A DNA stretch of 62,765 nt, filler included, from Collodictyon triciliatum (lineage: Eukaryota), in NCBI GenBank assembly GCA_043381765.1. It is 5 parts of 5 records of this genome, joined end to end, with 100 filler letters (N's around TTAATTAATTAA, not from the genome) between each part and the next. Parts side by side here need not be neighbours in the genome. Positions count along the whole stretch, not along the records: positions 33,067 to 49,709 come from JBHJMP010001257.1; 4 more parts are not named here. One strand, 5' to 3'. Positions 35,107-48,734 of the stretch are shown piece by piece. Numbering within the stretch: position 1 is the first letter of the stretch; the number at the start of each line of letters is the position of its first letter. A program made the position numbers and the translations under genes. The notes below the pieces were generated by a model. The model saw only the letters and a program-made list of their open reading frames with translations, did not search any database and was not told the DNA's origin.

Positions 35107-38100
35107 TCAAGTCAATGGGTAAAGGTCTCGGAATTTAAAGTCTGGCGAATGGACAGACTTTATCCTATCTGAAGATATTTTTAAGGCAAGAATCCCGGTC
35201 TGATTCCTTTCACCAACTTCGAACCATCGAAGGGATGCAATATTACGAGACATCGAGCCGTGTGCTAGCCAGAGTGATTTCTGGTGCGATTTTTGTAGGA
35301 GCACATCACATCCATGCTGAAGTAACAAATACACTTCCTTTTCATTCCTCCATTTTGTTGAGAGCCCAGTTCTTGTGAAACAGCTTGGCTTTAAATCTCG
35401 TTCTGTGAATTATAAAATACAATATTTAAATAATTGATATGGCTTTTCTAAATACTCATTCACATAATCCATTTTAATGACACATATAAACCGTTCATTT
35501 TCTTATGTCACTGAATGGAAATTCAAAGACTTTTGAAAAGTAAATAGAATAAAATATCTGCCACCTTTCTCGGCATCCTTCGTTAATCTTTGGACTGAAA
35601 ATGGACGATTCCACTCTGTGGATTGTATCAGTTCTGTTCCATTGGGATACTTTGAATGTAACACAGTGAATATGTCCCTGTGCATAGCCATGTAATTCCA
35701 CCACCTGCTACCATGCTTTTGCTCTTCTGAAGCTATGGAAAACCACTCGACCGTATATGTATTTGGCTTGTCAACGCGATGAAGAAATCCAAAACCGCCT
35801 CGCCCGGTCTCTTGGATGAAATCCTGGAACAGATATGTCCGAAGTCCAATGTGATAAATGACGATATTTGATGACTGCATCTAATATTGAAAAAAAATAT
35901 TTTAAGAATAATCAAATTATTATATAGTCACAATCATAATAATTGATAGATTCATCCAAGTTGTAAAATTCCAAAGTGATTTTTTTTTTTGGATAGTAAA
36001 TCGGAACTGGAGGGGCGATAGTGTATTAACTTGAAGGCATTTCTATTATTCCTTTCAAAACTCGAGGAGTTATTGTGATCATGTGTTCTCATGTTGGATA
36101 AAATAAAGAAACTTGATTTCCCCAGAAAGATCCTCCAGAAGTTTTCCATGTTCCCTCAAAAGAAGCAACAGCTGCTGGGATATCATCAGTCATTTTGGAC
36201 TTTAAGTTATGTCTGGATAATCGAAGTCCTATCATATATATTTTTTTCGGGGAATATATTAATTGGTGGCTGTAGCATAAAGTTGCACTGTTGTACCCAG
36301 CAAAACTACCAATTTACACACAAACTAAGGTAAAAATAAATAAATAAACAAGATATGTTAATCAACCTGTAAAATTAGAACTTATGAGCGCCTGTGAATC
36401 TTTTAGCCATAACCCTTCACTATGTAATGGATGGGATATGTTAAATTGATGGTCGTCCGTAAATCGACCAAAAACAACATCCTTTCTTATCCCTAGAATC
36501 TTCCTTTTTAAATTGTAATGTTCGCCAAGAGCATAGAATCCCTTGATAGCGGTGCTTGAAGAGTAACCCGATTCCATGAAATAAATTGCGTCGGGTGATA
36601 TTTCCTTCGAAGAATTAGGTACATGACATTTTTATTCAACGTCCTCCATTGGTAAATAAATGAGAATCATATAGTCATAATATGGCTCTACTAAAGGATA
36701 TATAATTCGAATAATGCACGGCTACTTCGAAGTGAGTTTAAACTTTATAAATATGTAGTGTGAAGTTATACGAAAACTGTGAAAAAAAAACCTCTTTTTT
36801 TTCAGAAAACTTCAGACCAATCACACTTGCACCAAACTCCTGTATTAGTAAGGATGCTTCGCCCAACACCCAGACCCCATCAAGGGGTATGTCATACTCC
36901 AAAGTACCTTATTTCATATTCAATCGTAACTCAACTGCTCATATTTGAAAACGCTTCCTAGAATGTGTTATAATAATTCATTCTATCAAAATAACAATAA
37001 AAATATATACAAACCTGGTGGATTTAGTACACTTCGATAAAAAATGGGCATTTTGACATCACAGAAAATCTTTTTCAAGAGATTGTTGTTTGGCTCAGAG
37101 ACCAACTTGAAACCACAATTATATTCTTTTCTCCTGGTTAAAAATGCTATCCTGACATGAACATATTGTTTCGATATTTTCCCCTCAGCCAGATGCAACT
37201 CATCCTTGATATTCCCCATCCATGCAATTCGGTTCTTGAATTGTCGAACGTACAAATGCTGATTACTCTCCTTACTAGACCATATTCCACTCAACTAAAA
37301 TGCGTACAATTACTTTGAATCGAATAAAGGAGAGAAATGCGCACAATTAACTGGATAAAAGATAGAGGAAAATAGCATGATCAATCGAATTATACTCAAA
37401 AAATGCTTATAATCAAATAATAAGAACCATTTTTTCATTTGAAACATCCAGGGAATCTGTAGTATTGCTCCAGAATGACCGATAGTGAGTCCAAAATTTA
37501 TCGATGCATTTGTAAAAAAATTCGTATCTTTTCTTTTCTCTATGGGATTTCTTCTGCAACCTTAATTATTTTTAATATCTTGAGTTTTTCAATTATTCTC
37601 TCCCATCATAGATTTGTATGTCTTGATTATCTACTCTCTTCAAATTACTAAGTGGTATTAGGAAAGTAATGATGCTAACCCATACAGGAATATGATGATT
37701 TATTTTCAACAGCAAACATGAGCGATATATCCAAACCTCGGGTTATTTCGTGATAAAGGATGTGGAATATCTACGAGCCAGGGCTTTTCGGCCCCCTTGT
37801 CTATGGGACTGACAAAAAACATATGTGCATTATATATGCGCTGGTAATTCAACTTGTAGGTGTTAAGAATATCATGTGCAGCTTCACGAGGGAGGGTCTA
37901 TATATCTTTGTTTTAGAAAAGCGATGCCAAATGGCTTGGAGAGCATTTCATCAGCTGATTGATTGATGTAGGTTAAAAGAAAAAGAAAAGAAAGAGACCA
38001 TTTCACTTTCGAATTGAAGTCAAACGCCACATTTCAGTTAGTGCGTATGGCGTCACTTACATGAACTGATAATGGAGAACGCCAGTATTCATAAAGAAAT

Positions 38101-39375
38101 CCTAGCTCGCCTCCATCATATGAGCGAATCCATCTTGTGGCATTGATAATATTCAAGAATTCAGACTCACTCGGTGTCAGAACGATAACTGCAGGATTAT
38201 ACAAGTCACGAAGGAAGGAAATCTGAACCCAGCTTGCAGCTGGAGTGCTGACACTGGCAAAATTATCGAAACAATTCATGGATATAACGTCACTATCAAT
38301 CAAAATGATTCTTCGGTATTCTGTGAGTTGCCAGATGCGGAACTTTGTGTATGTTAAAACGTATCTCTTTGAAGAAAATTTGAATGCATGGAACGTATCA
38401 TCGGGGTTAGGATTTTCCACATATTCTATGCGCTTTGTTCGGATTCCGTTGAGATGGAATCCAGAGATATACTCAGAAGGTATATTATCCATATACAGGA
38501 CTATTCTATCGTAGGAAGATCCTTTTTTTTATAAAAAAAAAAAAAACGGAATACCGATTAAAAACTAAAGTGATGGTTGTGAATCCATAAATCTGTTTGA
38601 TGCATATTGCAATATGAGAATATCTTGATCAGCTTGGAAGGTATATGGTTTACAGGCAATTAATGGCTTCCAAAAAACAAGGTTAAATACTACAATTACA
38701 ACAATAATAAATCATTAAAATGGATGGAGCATAACATTGAAATAAATTTAAAGGAAAAAACGTGTCAAATAAAGGGTGTATTGACGAAGAACCTGTTCTC
38801 TTAATGGATTCCATCAAGACCTGAGCCCCAAACACAAAGTTTTTGGAGCCCAGAAAAGTGGCATAGGCAAAGGGTGACTTTTTTGGAACTTCGTTTTCAA
38901 CAAGGTTGCGGGTTAAAAACGAATACTGGCGGAGGGGATGATTTCTGGGGTGCGACAGATCGAAAACCCTCTGCAGATGGCCATATGGGTCAGTCAGACG
39001 GCTGTATGCGCGTGGGCCAAAGAAAAAGAAAAAGAAAAAGAAAAAGAAAAAGAAAAAGAAAAAGAAAAAGAAAAAGAAAAAGAAAAAGAAAAAGAAAAAG
39101 AAAAAGAAAAAGAAAAAGAAAAAGAAGGTCTTATTTTCATTTCCAAAACGCATCACCTGCTTCTCCACATAAGCAGATATCAACTGAATCGGCGAAAAGG
39201 GGATGCTTTTCTCTGGTGCTTTCGAGGCAGGCTCCTCTGCGTCTGTCGCGCCGGTTTCGACAAGCTCACGGCTGGCAACTCCCCCTTGAATGTACACATA
39301 CAAGGCAGACGCGCAAATGGTGGCCAGAAGCAGAGCAAAGATGCAAACCCGACGACTGCTCTTCATCCTCTTCAT
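35107..39375 (-). CDS. Type II membrane glycosyltransferase family 8 (glycogenin-like) with long C-terminal extension
   Basis: Signal anchor MKRMKSSRRVCIFALLLATICASALYVYI, then AYATFLGSKNFVFGAQVLMESI, TYTKFRIWQLTEYRRIILIDSD (DxD), YNPAVIVLTPS, SYDGGELGFL and EKPW. In-phase exons continue to a stop at 35107. Confidence 0.82.
37298..37349 (+). mobile_element. Short retroposed insertion, copy E (22 bp plus 15-bp TSD, 1 mismatch), next to a GT8 splice acceptor
   Basis: AAATGCGTACAATTA and AAATGCGCACAATTA flank CTTTGAATCGAATAAAGGAGAG. Confidence 0.82.
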
Positions 39376-40065
39376 CCTATCTCTCTCCTTTTCTCCTTTT
39401 CTCTCTCTCCCTCGGCCGGCCGCTTTCTGCGCTGAACCTAACCCTGCACTTACTCCACACAAACACCTCGGCAGCCTACACAACACGGCCTCGTTTTGCG
39501 GCAGCGAACCAGACGGAATGCTACAGAACAGCGACGATTACAACCCAACCCTTGAAGGCACCGTGACAGAAGCGAATCTGTCTTTTTCACGGCCCGTTTG
39601 ACCGGCTCGCAATCTTCAGAGCTGCATGGGGGAACTATCTTCGGTCGCTCCAAACCACAAACAATTGGAAATACCACCACAGCCGAAAGGCGCACAAGAG
39701 GAGGCGAGCGAGGAAAGACGGAAAGAGCCGGTTTCCAAATGTATAATTTCTGAATACGGAATATATACATATTTGAATCAATTTCTTGCAGTATATGCTT
39801 GGCCGTAGTGCAAACACACTATAATATTCAGTATTATATTTTTATATGTATCAATTTTGAAAACAGCCGCAACGGACAGTAACGGCGCCGTGTGCAATGT
39901 GGCGTAAGCATGCTATACCAGTCGCTTTTTCCACACCAAACACACACGACCAAACATATTCGCCCGCTGCTTCAAAGAACCCGCCACTTCTCCTGTCAAT
40001 CCTCTTCACACCCTCCGCTCCGCTCCACGCCGCTCACTCAGACTCACCCACAAGCATACACCTGC

Positions 40066-43000
40066 ATGGGCTGCGGACAAACCAAAGTCCGCCCGGCGCC
40101 TCCTCCAACCCCGCCCCAACCGCAGCAAACAAAGACACCGACCCAGGCAGATTCTCGGCCCCAGGAAAGCCAGAAAGCAGAGACTGCCGCAGATGTTCCC
40201 CAGCCCAACGCACCGAGTCAGGTCGAGACTTCACCTGTGGAAGAGTTCCGTCCTTCGCCTTCACCTTCGCCGACTCCAACACAGACATTGCCTGAGCCGC
40301 AAGGGAAAAGGCCCGGGCCAGAAAGCACGCTACAGACTTTCGCCGAGAGCACTACCATCGCGCCGCACACGTCGGAACAGCCTGCAGAGCAGAGAAGGGA
40401 TGAGCAGCTAAGCGAGGCAGTCGGCGACCCAAAGACTGCAGACGCAGATGGCCAGAAAATAGATGAGATGCAGCTGTCTGACAAACAGCAAAGCACAAAT
40501 CCGTCCCTGCGGATAGACGAGCCAAAGCCTGCCGATCCTGCTTCTATTCCGTCTCCGAATGTGGTGGAGAAGCGAAGGCTCCAGCGCATCATCTCTCGCG
40601 GCGAGTCCATGAAGAAGGTCTCTGTGAAACCACCCGATGCAGCAGACCTCGAAGAGCTGATTTACATCCGCGTCTTCTTGTCGTCCACATTCAAGGATAT
40701 GATGGAAGAGCGCAATGCACTCATCACTCGCACGTTCCCAGAACTCAGGGAAATTCTCGAAAATCGCGGAATCACAATCACAGAGGTTGATCTCCGCTGG
40801 GGCATTACCATCCAGGAGTCTCAGAACGGGCGGGCAATCACTCTATGTCTGGAAGAGATATCAAACAGTCAGTACTTTGTCTGCTTTCTCGGTGACCGCT
40901 ATGGTTGGATTCCCGACCGCTCTGACCCGAAGCAGTACAACCCCGAGCTCGACGTGTCGCATTCCTGGCTGCATAACTTCCCAGATATTAGCGTAACTGA
41001 AATGGAGGTAAGATACACAACATAAACAAAATAAAATAAAAAAACATCATAATAATGTAAACCATTGCTAAAAAAAAGAAAAAAAAAAGAGAACACTAAA
41101 TCATAATGGTTAAAACCTTGTGAACTTATAGACCCATCAAACTTTCGCTTTTTTTTTTAACCCCCTCCCCTACCTTTACCTAGATTCGATATGCTGCACT
41201 GAATCCGAATCCAATAGCAAAGAGAAGTTTTTTCTATTATCGCAAATCAGACGGCCGCAAAGTTGAAGAACCTCCAGGTTGTGCAGAGAAACAGTTAGCC
41301 CTTAAAGAGGAAATTAGAGAAAGATTCGAGGCCAAGGTTTTTGCCTCTGGGATTGAGCTGGCTGACTTTGTATTGGCTGATATCAAAGAAGGACTTAGGC
41401 TTGACTTTCCCCGTCACCATGAAGAAATCGACTCTGTAGCCCTGGAGCACATAGCACACAACCAATTCGGACTCAGCAGATTAGAGATCTTCCATGGCCA
41501 GCAAGAGCTAATCGACGAAATGACAGAGTATACGAAGCAGACCGAGCAAAGATACCCATATATCATTTCCGGTCCTCCTGGAATGGGAAAGTCAGCAGTG
41601 ATGGCCAAAGTCCATTCTCTCGTACCCAAAGAAGAGCGATTTATTCACTATGTTGGATGTAGCAGTGAAAGTGTCCAAGTTGAGTTTTTGATATTGCGCA
41701 TTTTGCGGGTTTTGGGCATTTCTCTGCCGAGTGGAGGTGATATTGATGTTGTCAGCGGCTTTACTCAAATCCTCTCAAAAAACTTCAAAGGAGACACGAA
41801 ATATGTATTATTTATTGATTCAGTCAACCAGCTAGAGGATGACGCCAGTCGCCCATTCGAGCTCAACTGGCTGCCAAAAGTTTTGCCCCATAATCTTCTT
41901 ATGGTGTTGAGCTGCACAGATGACCACCCCGCCATGCAGTCCGCCGAGTCACGCAATTGGAAATCAAGGAAGATTGGATTTCCATCGAGCACAGATGTGG
42001 ATAAAACCATCATAGATTGTCTATCTAAATTTTCTAAGCGACTTGTAGAGGAGCAAAAAACAATCCTGGTGAACGCAGAGCCTTGCCGCCATCCACTCTT
42101 CCTTCGCGTTGCAGTTAATGAATTGCGAATCTTTGGAAATTTTGAGCTTCTCACAAAGAAAATATATTCCATCATCGAAAATCCAACTGTTACTGAGCTT
42201 TACGGGTCCATAATCCAGAGATGGGTCGTGGACTACCAATCCGACACATACCCAAATATTGTTATCGATACTCTTTGCGCCATAGCTGTAAGCCGTGCAG
42301 GATTGAAAGAGTCAGAGCTTCTCCAATATGTAAAGGTACCTCGTGTGGAGTGGTTCCCATTCTTTGTTGCCTTGAAGAGCTCGCTCTTTTTGCAGCACGG
42401 CCGATACACATTTTCACATCAGCAATTAAGAGATGCTGTCTTTAACAGGTTCTTTTCCATCAAGGATGAAAATGGAGGAAGCTTTAAGAAATCGGTGCAC
42501 AAGAGGCTTGGAGGTTACTTTGTATCATGCTTGCCAAACATCGATGAAGACGAAATGGTGGAAGCGGCCTACCAGTTCTCATGTGGAGAGCTGTGGAGCG
42601 ACCTACGCGAATTTCTCATTCACTCTGATGTAATTGACGAGCTTCTAACCACCAACTGGAAGCTGGAAGTGTTGCAACATTGGCGAAACCTAGACCAAAA
42701 CGGCTACGACCCGGTCAAAGAGTACAACTCTCTTTTAGAAAATGAATGGAACAAGAACCGGGCTATCCGTGTTGCAAAACTTTACACTGGACTTGGTCGA
42801 ATTCATGATTCGATTCATCTGTACGAAATGATTTTGGACGATGAGGAGCGTTCCATTCTCGTGGAGCGCACTCCGGTCATCTACAACGATCTCGCTACTT
42901 TGTACAAAAAGATTGGAGAATTTCAGAAGGCGAGAAAGATGTACGAGCTCACCACTGAAATTATCAAGGTTCGAGATGATGAAAACAGGGACGACATGCT

Positions 43001-44072
43001 GTCCACTGCCTTGGAAAATCTCGCCATGGTTGTCTCGGAGACGGGTGACCATATACGGTCCTACGAACTTTATAAGCAGTCGTTGCAGATTCGAATGGAC
43101 AAGTATGGGGATTCACATCCAGACGTAGCAAACGTCTTCAATAATCTGGCATTGTTACTGAGTCGCCAGAAAAATTATGCACATGCTGTCGAGTATTACC
43201 AAAAGAGCTTGTTAATCATGGAGTCTGTATATGGAAAGGAACACGTTAATGTAGCCACCATACAAAGCAACATGGCGTCCATCTACCTCAAGACCGACAA
43301 GTTGGAGGATGCCTTGAAACTGTTTCATTCCGCTCACAAAATCCTGTCGAAGGCATTTGGAGAGGAAAATCCCGATGTCGGCACTATTTTGGACAATACT
43401 GGGGCTGTATATCGTAAACTCGGCCGCTTGAATGAGGCATTAGAATACCACAAGAGGGCAATAGGAATCTTTGAGCGGACCTTTGGTGGTGAGTACCACG
43501 GACTGTCCACCCCACTTTGCAATCTAGCGTTGTTGATGAAAGATGTCAAAAACTACTCGAAGGCTGAAGAGCTCTACCTCCGGGCCTTGCACATCGACCA
43601 ACTCAAGTACGGAATGGAACATGAGAACGTGGGGTCCATCCTGTCCAACCTTGGGGCGCTGCAGATGGCCCAGAGTAAGTATGCCGAGGCCCTTGAATAC
43701 TTCCGGCGGTCGTACGGCATTCGCCAGCGACTCCAATTCACAGACACTTCTGGGATGGTCGGGTGCATGATGAACATGGCAGCCATGCAAGCTCGCCTGC
43801 AGAGAAATGCCGACGCCATTGGGGTGTATACATCCGTGATACCAAAGATACAGGCGCTGGGAGCCACCTTTGACCGGGATTTGGCTGTGGTTTACCACAA
43901 TCTCGGGATTCTCTATTTCAATGAGCAGAAGGATTCCGATGCTCTTCTATGGTTCCAAAAGGCGCTAGACCTGGAGAAAGCAGTATTCGGAGAGGAGAGC
44001 GAGGAGGTGAAAGAAACAGTGGAATACATCGACGAACTCACCGACCCCGCCCCTGATGAGGAAGAGGGTTGA
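40066..44072 (+). CDS. DUF4062 + P-loop NTPase (NACHT-like) + TPR protein, nephrocystin-3-like architecture; exons 40066-41007 and 41184-44072
   Basis: N-terminal MGCGQTK acylation motif; IRVFLSSTFKDMMEERNAL...VDLRWG...LGDRYGWIP...SVTEMEI (DUF4062); Walker A GPPGMGKS; Walker B VLFIDSVNQL; about ten 42-aa kinesin-light-chain-type TPRs (HPDVANVFNNLA). Confidence 0.9.
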
Positions 44073-44358
44073 CAAGGTTATGAAAATATCTTGCCTTGTG
44101 CGCGAACAAAACTGATGCGAGAGATACCACCACCCAACCATCCAATTTTTTTCGTCGTCAACAAATCCTTCATTTATGAATAAAAAATAATAAGAGAAAT
44201 GAGAAGAAAAAAAAAGGGGGGAGCGAAGCATGAGAATACGGAGAGGCCAGAACAATGTTGACAAGTGTTTTCTGGTTGTTCCCATTTATTCCGACCTGAC
44301 AGCTCAGATGTCGAGGTGAACATCGTATTCCTCGGGGTCTGGATATTTGTATTTGGTG

Positions 44359-45039
44359 TCATGAAAGTGTAGAATGGTTGTTTCCAACGAATGCCAAATT
44401 GAATAGAGAATGATTACCGCTCGTGGCTCCTCCACTTTCGATTTTGCGCACTGCATCGACAACTTGCTTTTCCAGGCTATCTTGCATGTCCAATAATTCT
44501 AAACAAACAAACAAACAAACAAACAAACAAACAAACAAACAAACAAACAAACAAACAAACAAACAAACAAACAAACAGCCACAGTGAATGTTATGACAGT
44601 TGTGAGCGTCGTAGGATGACGCATTCATTAAAAAACAAAAGCAGGGAAAATTAAGATAAAACAGATGAAAATGATACCGCGTCTTCTGCCCTTGGCACAC
44701 GGGTTCAGCATAACAAACTGGGTTTCGTAACCAACACCGGTTTATAACATTTAGAAGTGTGATACTGCTTGGCCCAATATCATGACAAATCTTGAAAATT
44801 CATGTCAAATAAATTACCAAGGGAAGCAGAGACCGAGCCATTATGTACCCCTTTTCTGATATTTTGATTGTTGCGAATGTGAAAAAGGGCAGAGCAAAGA
44901 ATCCGATAACTGGCAACGCCCACCTAATGGAAATTAGATAAAAAAGTACAGACTTATTATAGGATGATCTGATTGATTGCTGGTTAACATCTGATATAGG
45001 ATATCGCACGCCTTCAACTTTGGAATTGTAAACCACGGT

Positions 45040-45093
<54 letters not shown>

Positions 45094-45099
45094 AAAAAA

Positions 45100-45146
<47 letters not shown>

Positions 45147-48100
45147 GAAGGTGGCATACTTCCAAGAAGGCTCAAGTAGAAAATGGACTATAATGAATCC
45201 TGCAATCATATACAACAAGTATACTATCGGAGTGACAACGATGCCGACCATAAGTTTGTAGCTCGCAACCTTAATTACATTGCTTCGTTAAAGCCGAAAA
45301 TTGCAGTGTCACACGTTCAAAAGTTCCTTGATTATAATGGATAATACTGAGCCATTCCCCCTCTTATGCAGTGGAACTATGGAACACAAACCACATCCTT
45401 TCCCTTGATCTTTACGTTGGAAGTGGCCTTTGCAAGCTTCATTTCCTTATCTAGAGTGCACATATTCGATAAGACATTTCCAACCCAAGGTAGTGCGCCA
45501 GATGTCTTGATTCACTTCGTATGTATACATAAAAGACAAAGAAACCATTCAACACCATGCTGCTCTTTCCATTCAACTTACAGGATAAATAGCGAGCTAA
45601 AAAGAAGATAGGTGCATTCAAGATAAATCCAGGAAGGGCCAAAATGCTGATGATAATGATCAACAAGAGGCTGCATAAAAATTTCGGTGAGTTTTGATAT
45701 TAAATTTGATGAAAAATCAATGGGGCATCTGTGATGAGTTAAAGCAGCATTTAACCGATCCTGGCGGGTAGTTATCGAATTCGTACCGATAGAAGAAATA
45801 GAAGAATGCAACACAATAGTTCTCAGTAAAGTCTTTTAATTGCCCTTGCTTCAGGCCATATTTTGTGAGGGTGTCATTAAATTCAAGGAGCCTATACAAT
45901 CTCAGTTAAATATTTACTTGACTGGGCGATAACATAACGCTAGTTTTATAATCCCGAGGGAATATTTGATTATCGTAAAATGATTGATTATGCCTTTTCT
46001 TGAGTTGTTGCATCTCATCCTGGGTTTCATCCTCCTTCAATGCAGTTGCTAGCATTCGAGTGAGCTGTAAATTAACATAAATGTATACTATCAGTTCCGT
46101 TGCCAATTTGGATGGTATATTTCAGCTACGGGCAAATATAGAGAAAGAAAAGAACATGATAGACCTTCCACATCAAATAGCATTTGTACAATCTACAATA
46201 AATAAAAAGAAAACAATAATGTAAAAAAAAAAAAAAAACACACGCTCGCTCGCTGGGCCGGTTTTAGTTTACGACTTGTGGCAGACTTGAAATGTTTTAT
46301 ACATAATAAAATGAACATGCACATGGTTAGTTAACGAGAAATTCTATAATAATACTAGCATAATAATATAGCTGAAGTTCCAAGACAGTAATATGTGCCG
46401 TTAATAAAGTGATTATTAAAAAAAAAAATTTAAATTTTGCCTGGTACAAGCGTCGGGCAAGATGCACAGCACATAAATCTTCATACGATGGCGCAGTGAC
46501 AGTGACTGATTCAAGTCCCTTCTTGGTCAACTCCAAAAGGCGGCTGAGGGCATTTTTTTTTTAATATTCAATCTGAATGAATGATTCATGTTACATAGAC
46601 GATCTATTAATATCAGACTTGTATGCGGCTCTTCTGTCGTTTGCGTACGACTGGACAAACTCTGAATCAGGAGTAATTTTGATGGGAGCCCCGAACTCAA
46701 TGACCACCTGATGTGAAATTTGCAAGATTGAGAGCAAATTTTTCCACATGACATAATTCCATATTTAAAATACAATTAAAACAAACGAAAAAAAATATAC
46801 AAACAAACAAGCAAACAAACATAAAAGATGGTCATCCAAAACGGAATATATTCTTTCCTTCTGTTTCAGCCCTAACTTCAGTCTGCACATATATAGGTGG
46901 GACATAAATATGACTTTCACCTGACTGCGGAATCGGTGGCCTTCAAAGTATGTCATTCCGCAGGGGACAATAACGGCATCGGTGTGGTACTTATCTACAA
47001 AGCCTAGAGACATCACAGCAATACCAGCTTTGAGAGGCAGAAGTTCCTAATATAGGATGGAAAATGGATTCTGATGATGAAGTACAGGCTGCTGGATTTA
47101 TAGTATATATAATCTCTCCAATCTCGTCTCGCATATCGGACTATCAATTCGTGTAATAATGAACATACGGTTCTATCGTGAGAACCTCCCTGTTATGGAT
47201 ATTTCAGTTCAATAAAAGTGTTCCAAGCAAACTTATTCATCATTACATTTTTTTTTCATTGGCAGGTACAATATGATTTCATGTAAACGTAAAAGCATAT
47301 ACATATATCCAATAGAACATAATTAGATGAGCACCTCTGGGAAAATTCCTATGCATCCATCAGTGGCCAAGCAGTTGTAAACCGAGTCATACAGCTGCTT
47401 CTGGTCGACTTTCTTGAGCAGCTTATATTTTGCATTATCCACGGGATGGTCGATTGCCTCACCCAGCTGAATTTCGGTATCAGAGATGAGCTTCTTGATC
47501 TATTTAGGGATAGATTGCAAGGCTTCATCAACACCAGTTTTGGTGATACTAGAAAAACTCCACTGCTTTGCGAAAATACAACACGGAGTGTTTCTTCAAT
47601 ACAGTCTAATATTAAAGAGGATAGTGGTGCGAAATCAAGCGACTAACGCGGCATGGCATATCGACAGAAGGAATCATAATTGAACCGCCCTCTTCACCCT
47701 CGCTGGTGAACTTTGTCCCTGTCCCGGTAACCATATCATTCTGCGCTGAGATAGTTCCTGGGGAAGTTGCATGGAAGCGTCAGTAGTTCGAAAATTACTT
47801 CTACAAAATAGAAGGCTTCTCTTGCACTATAGTAATGAGTTCACCTCTTATCCTATTCTCTTTATTTATATATATGTTTTCTACCTTCCTTCTTAGAAAC
47901 CCATTCACGGTGGGGAAGTATGAGAGAATAAATATGTACGAAACTCGAGCTCATATGGACATACCTGTGCCGGTTATTGCACTATCCTGCGGCCGAACCA
48001 CGGGGATTGCGTGCATGGCCCGGCCAAACCATCCAATCACGGGTCGCTTCATGGACTTTTCGGCTGCGAGAAAGCTGAGTGTTCTGTGATGAGGATGCAT

Positions 48101-48734
48101 ATGTGAGAAGCCGCCCTCTCACGACATTGTCGCATACAAGCGCCGTGATTCGAAAGCAAAGACCTCGGGCAGGAGACCAGCAGAACCATGGCGTCCACAA
48201 ACTGATTGAAGTGGTTTCCAGCTATGATTGCTCCGCCACGCGGAGGGATGTTTTCCAGACCGACGACTTCGATATCGCGAAAGAATATATTGAGGATGGT
48301 CTACGAGCGCATTTTTTTGGAGAGTTATTTGTATTAGAGGCCGGCCACCGACACACAAAAATTAAGAAAAAAAAAAAGAAGGGCTTTAAATGAGCGTTAA
48401 GCTTTGTGTTAGGCTTTCCCTTTCCTATGTGCTTCCCTCGTTTTTTATTTTCTGTTCTCTGATTATTTTCTTTCACAAAAAGAAAAAAGAAAAGAAAAAA
48501 GAAAAGAAAAAAGAAAAGAAAAGAAAAAGAAAAAGAAAAGAAAAAGAAAAGAAAAGAAAAAGAAAAAGAAAAAGAAAAGAAAAGAAAAAAAGAAAATGAA
48601 AAGGTAAAGGATGTGGAAGGCGCCTGTTCCGTTACCTCAAAGAAGAAGCGCAGAATGCGGTATTGTAGAGAAGGCGGGGGAAGCGGCTCGGTGCTGCCAG
48701 CCTCGAGATCAACCTTTCCCGCAGACGAAGTCAT
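44359..48734 (-). CDS. Glycerol-3-phosphate O-acyltransferase (PlsC domain; fungal SCT1/GPT2-like), multi-exon
   Basis: FFRDIEVVGLENIP...GNHFNQFVDA (HxxxxD), IPVVRPQD, GIFPE|GGSHDRT|ELLPLKAG, IVPCGMTYFEGHRFRS, VTVTAPSYE...ARRLY, LALPGFILNAP and VASYKLMV. Confidence 0.88.

Noticed and set aside
6714-37349. Reading the repeated 17-20-nt core as a CRISPR repeat or transcription-factor site
   Set aside because: Copies are kilobases apart in both orientations with locus-specific flanking duplications, which fits insertion rather than an array.
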